Origin: Epiperipatus broadwayi
Taxonomy: Eukaryota; Animalia; Onychophora
Assembly: GCA_028023455.1 (NCBI GenBank)
Contig: JAQFVV010000006.1
Location: 6,510,001 to 6,574,000, forward strand
Direction: 5' to 3'
Length of the DNA: 64,000 bases
A program made the position numbers and the translations under genes. Positions 62,261 to 64,000 of the stretch are shown here, piece after piece; the first letter of the stretch is position 1; each line of letters opens with the position of its first letter. Below the pieces are notes generated by a model. That model saw nothing but the letters and a program-made list of their open reading frames with translations, had not been told where the DNA came from and did not search any database.

Positions 62261-63164
62261 ATACATCCAATCCACTGACACAATTTAACTGCAAAACAAA
62301 TAACGATATTTCATTTCTTTTTTTTTTAGCACCGCTGAAGGGATTGAAAGTGTGTCTTTCAATCCCTTCTCCTCCAACTCTCTCCGACTTAACACATATA
62401 GCACATCTAATATTTTATTTCCATTTTTTTCTTTTTATATTAAATTTGTGGATTAACTCAACATTACATCATGATGATGATGATGAGTCTTTCACTGAGG
62501 TCTATTTTCTGAGGGATTTCTTTTATTGGCTATTCTGTTCCTATTGTTTTTCTCTCCTATCTGACCTTTAATTATAAATTTTGAGATGCCCAAGGGCTTG
62601 TTTGACTAATTGAAAATAATCATTTCCATTTTACACAATAGCATTAATTAAATTATATACATTCTTAAAGATATATTTTTATCTTTAAATCTTTAAGTTT
62701 TTTTTCTGAAAATTTAGTTTTAAAATACTTTTTTTTTCTTTAATAAAGTTTTCTTTCAATAATTTTTCCATCTGTGCGATTTTATTTATATAGGAGTTTA
62801 GATGACTTTTAATTTTTAAAAACAAATTTTTATTTGCAAAACTTTATTTTTAATTTTATTTATTAGCATGTAACAGCATGTGTGCCCGTTACTATATTTA
62901 AAATCATATCTCAATGGTATTCAACCTACAATATAATATATTGTGTATTATAAATAATAAATGGATGATTATTTTCAGAGGCATCTAATATGATTTACAT
63001 TATCTACTAATAAGAGATCTTGCAACAGTACTTCATATTTTTATATTCTGCTAAGATAGCATATTTTCTTTAGTGTAACATCTAATAAACATATTTCTTA
63101 TAATACTTCTTTCATATACACTTCAATGCAAACAAACTTTCTTAATAAAACTTCTTTATTTTCC

Positions 63165-63203
63165 TTACAGTTTCGACTGTCCAGCAGTCTTCATCAGAGC
63201 TTT
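63165..63203 (-). ncRNA. Family D hammerhead-like motif with intact core
   Basis: gct-CTGATGA-A-GACTG[CTGGA]CAGTC-GAAA-CTG-TA^AGG; stem I only ~2 bp. Confidence 0.55.
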
Positions 63204-63565
63204 AGTCATCCTCCACTGCTTTAATTAAACATATTCTTATCAAGCAATTAATGCCTACCATGGATTATTAAATCCTATTCAGAAATTTATTTATGTTTAT
63301 TTCAATTATTTATGTTAGTTTGTTTATTTTAGGATTAATGGTATCAACAAAATATAATTAAGAGAAATAATTACCATGATTCCAAATTACAATCTCATTG
63401 GTTTATGCAGATATGAATAACTAAGAGATTTTTGATTCATTGGTCTGATTAAATCGCAATAAATTAAAACATTTATTGATATCTTTAATTAAAGTGTCGT
63501 TACACACATGCATATATATTTTCTCTTAAATATATGTCTTTTTTTTACACAGCCAAGTGTTCAAA

Positions 63566-63947
63566 CATCTTGCCTAATAGGATAGTGATGGTTATGGTTG
63601 TTAAAAAGCCAAAGACACCAAACTATATGGGTACTGAACTGAGTTCAGACTCATATGATTATATAAACTATTGGGCTTAGATTGAAAATATTATTGTGTT
63701 TTCAATTTGATTCTCATGGTTTTGTAGTTAAGTAGAGATAAAAGGTGGCTGCTGGAGGGTTGCATCATATCCTAAGTTCTAGGTGCAGTGTTCTCAGACT
63801 CATGGCTCCTCACTGACGAAGGCCACAAGCCAGAAACTAGTCTGGGAATATTGGATGAGTAGGCACTAGATAGGAATTTTATGCACAAGCCTTCTGGCAT
63901 CCATTGATTACTCTGGCTTGCACTGAGTGGCGCTGTCTGTTTAACAA
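63566..63947 (+). mobile_element. Family A copy, HHR 63807-63848
   Basis: Collinear with 57010-57406; ctcctcaCTGACGAAGGCCACAAGCCAGAAACTAGTCTGGG. Confidence 0.9.
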
Positions 63948-64000
63948 CATAAGAAGTTTGTTTATTATGTTTTATATATATATCTGTAGTTTGTTTATGA

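Noticed and set aside
171-62571. Most short ORFs (60-150 aa) in the supplied track as host genes
   Set aside because: Low-complexity F/I/L/K-rich translations typical of AT-rich non-coding DNA, or antisense shadows of TE ORFs; no recognisable domains.

Overview
Very AT-rich, animal-type (arthropod-like by inference) intergenic or intronic DNA made almost entirely of transposable-element debris. I found no host protein gene that I can support, no rRNA and no CRISPR array. Recognisable autonomous-type elements: one near full-length RTE LINE (17.9-20.9 kb, minus strand, 2 frameshifts), several decayed copies of a second LINE with a C-terminal CCHC finger, two Penelope-like (RT/GIY-YIG) ORF remnants, mariner, hAT and Tigger-type DNA elements or MITEs, and a tRNA-Gly-derived poly(A) SINE family. 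The main signal is at least four unrelated families of short non-coding repeats (here A, B, C, D) carrying minimal type-I hammerhead ribozyme (HHR) motifs; A, B and C have palindromic stem III. Families A and C, plus a non-HHR family E, share one insertion signature: diverging inverted arms, one arm longer by a 35-50 nt tail, terminal redundancy and 10-14 bp target-site duplications. This looks like a set of retrozyme-like non-autonomous elements mobilised by Penelope machinery; family B also carries a tRNA-like Pol III head. All coordinates, pairings and alignments were read by eye. No folding, alignment or database search was run, and family names are my own labels.
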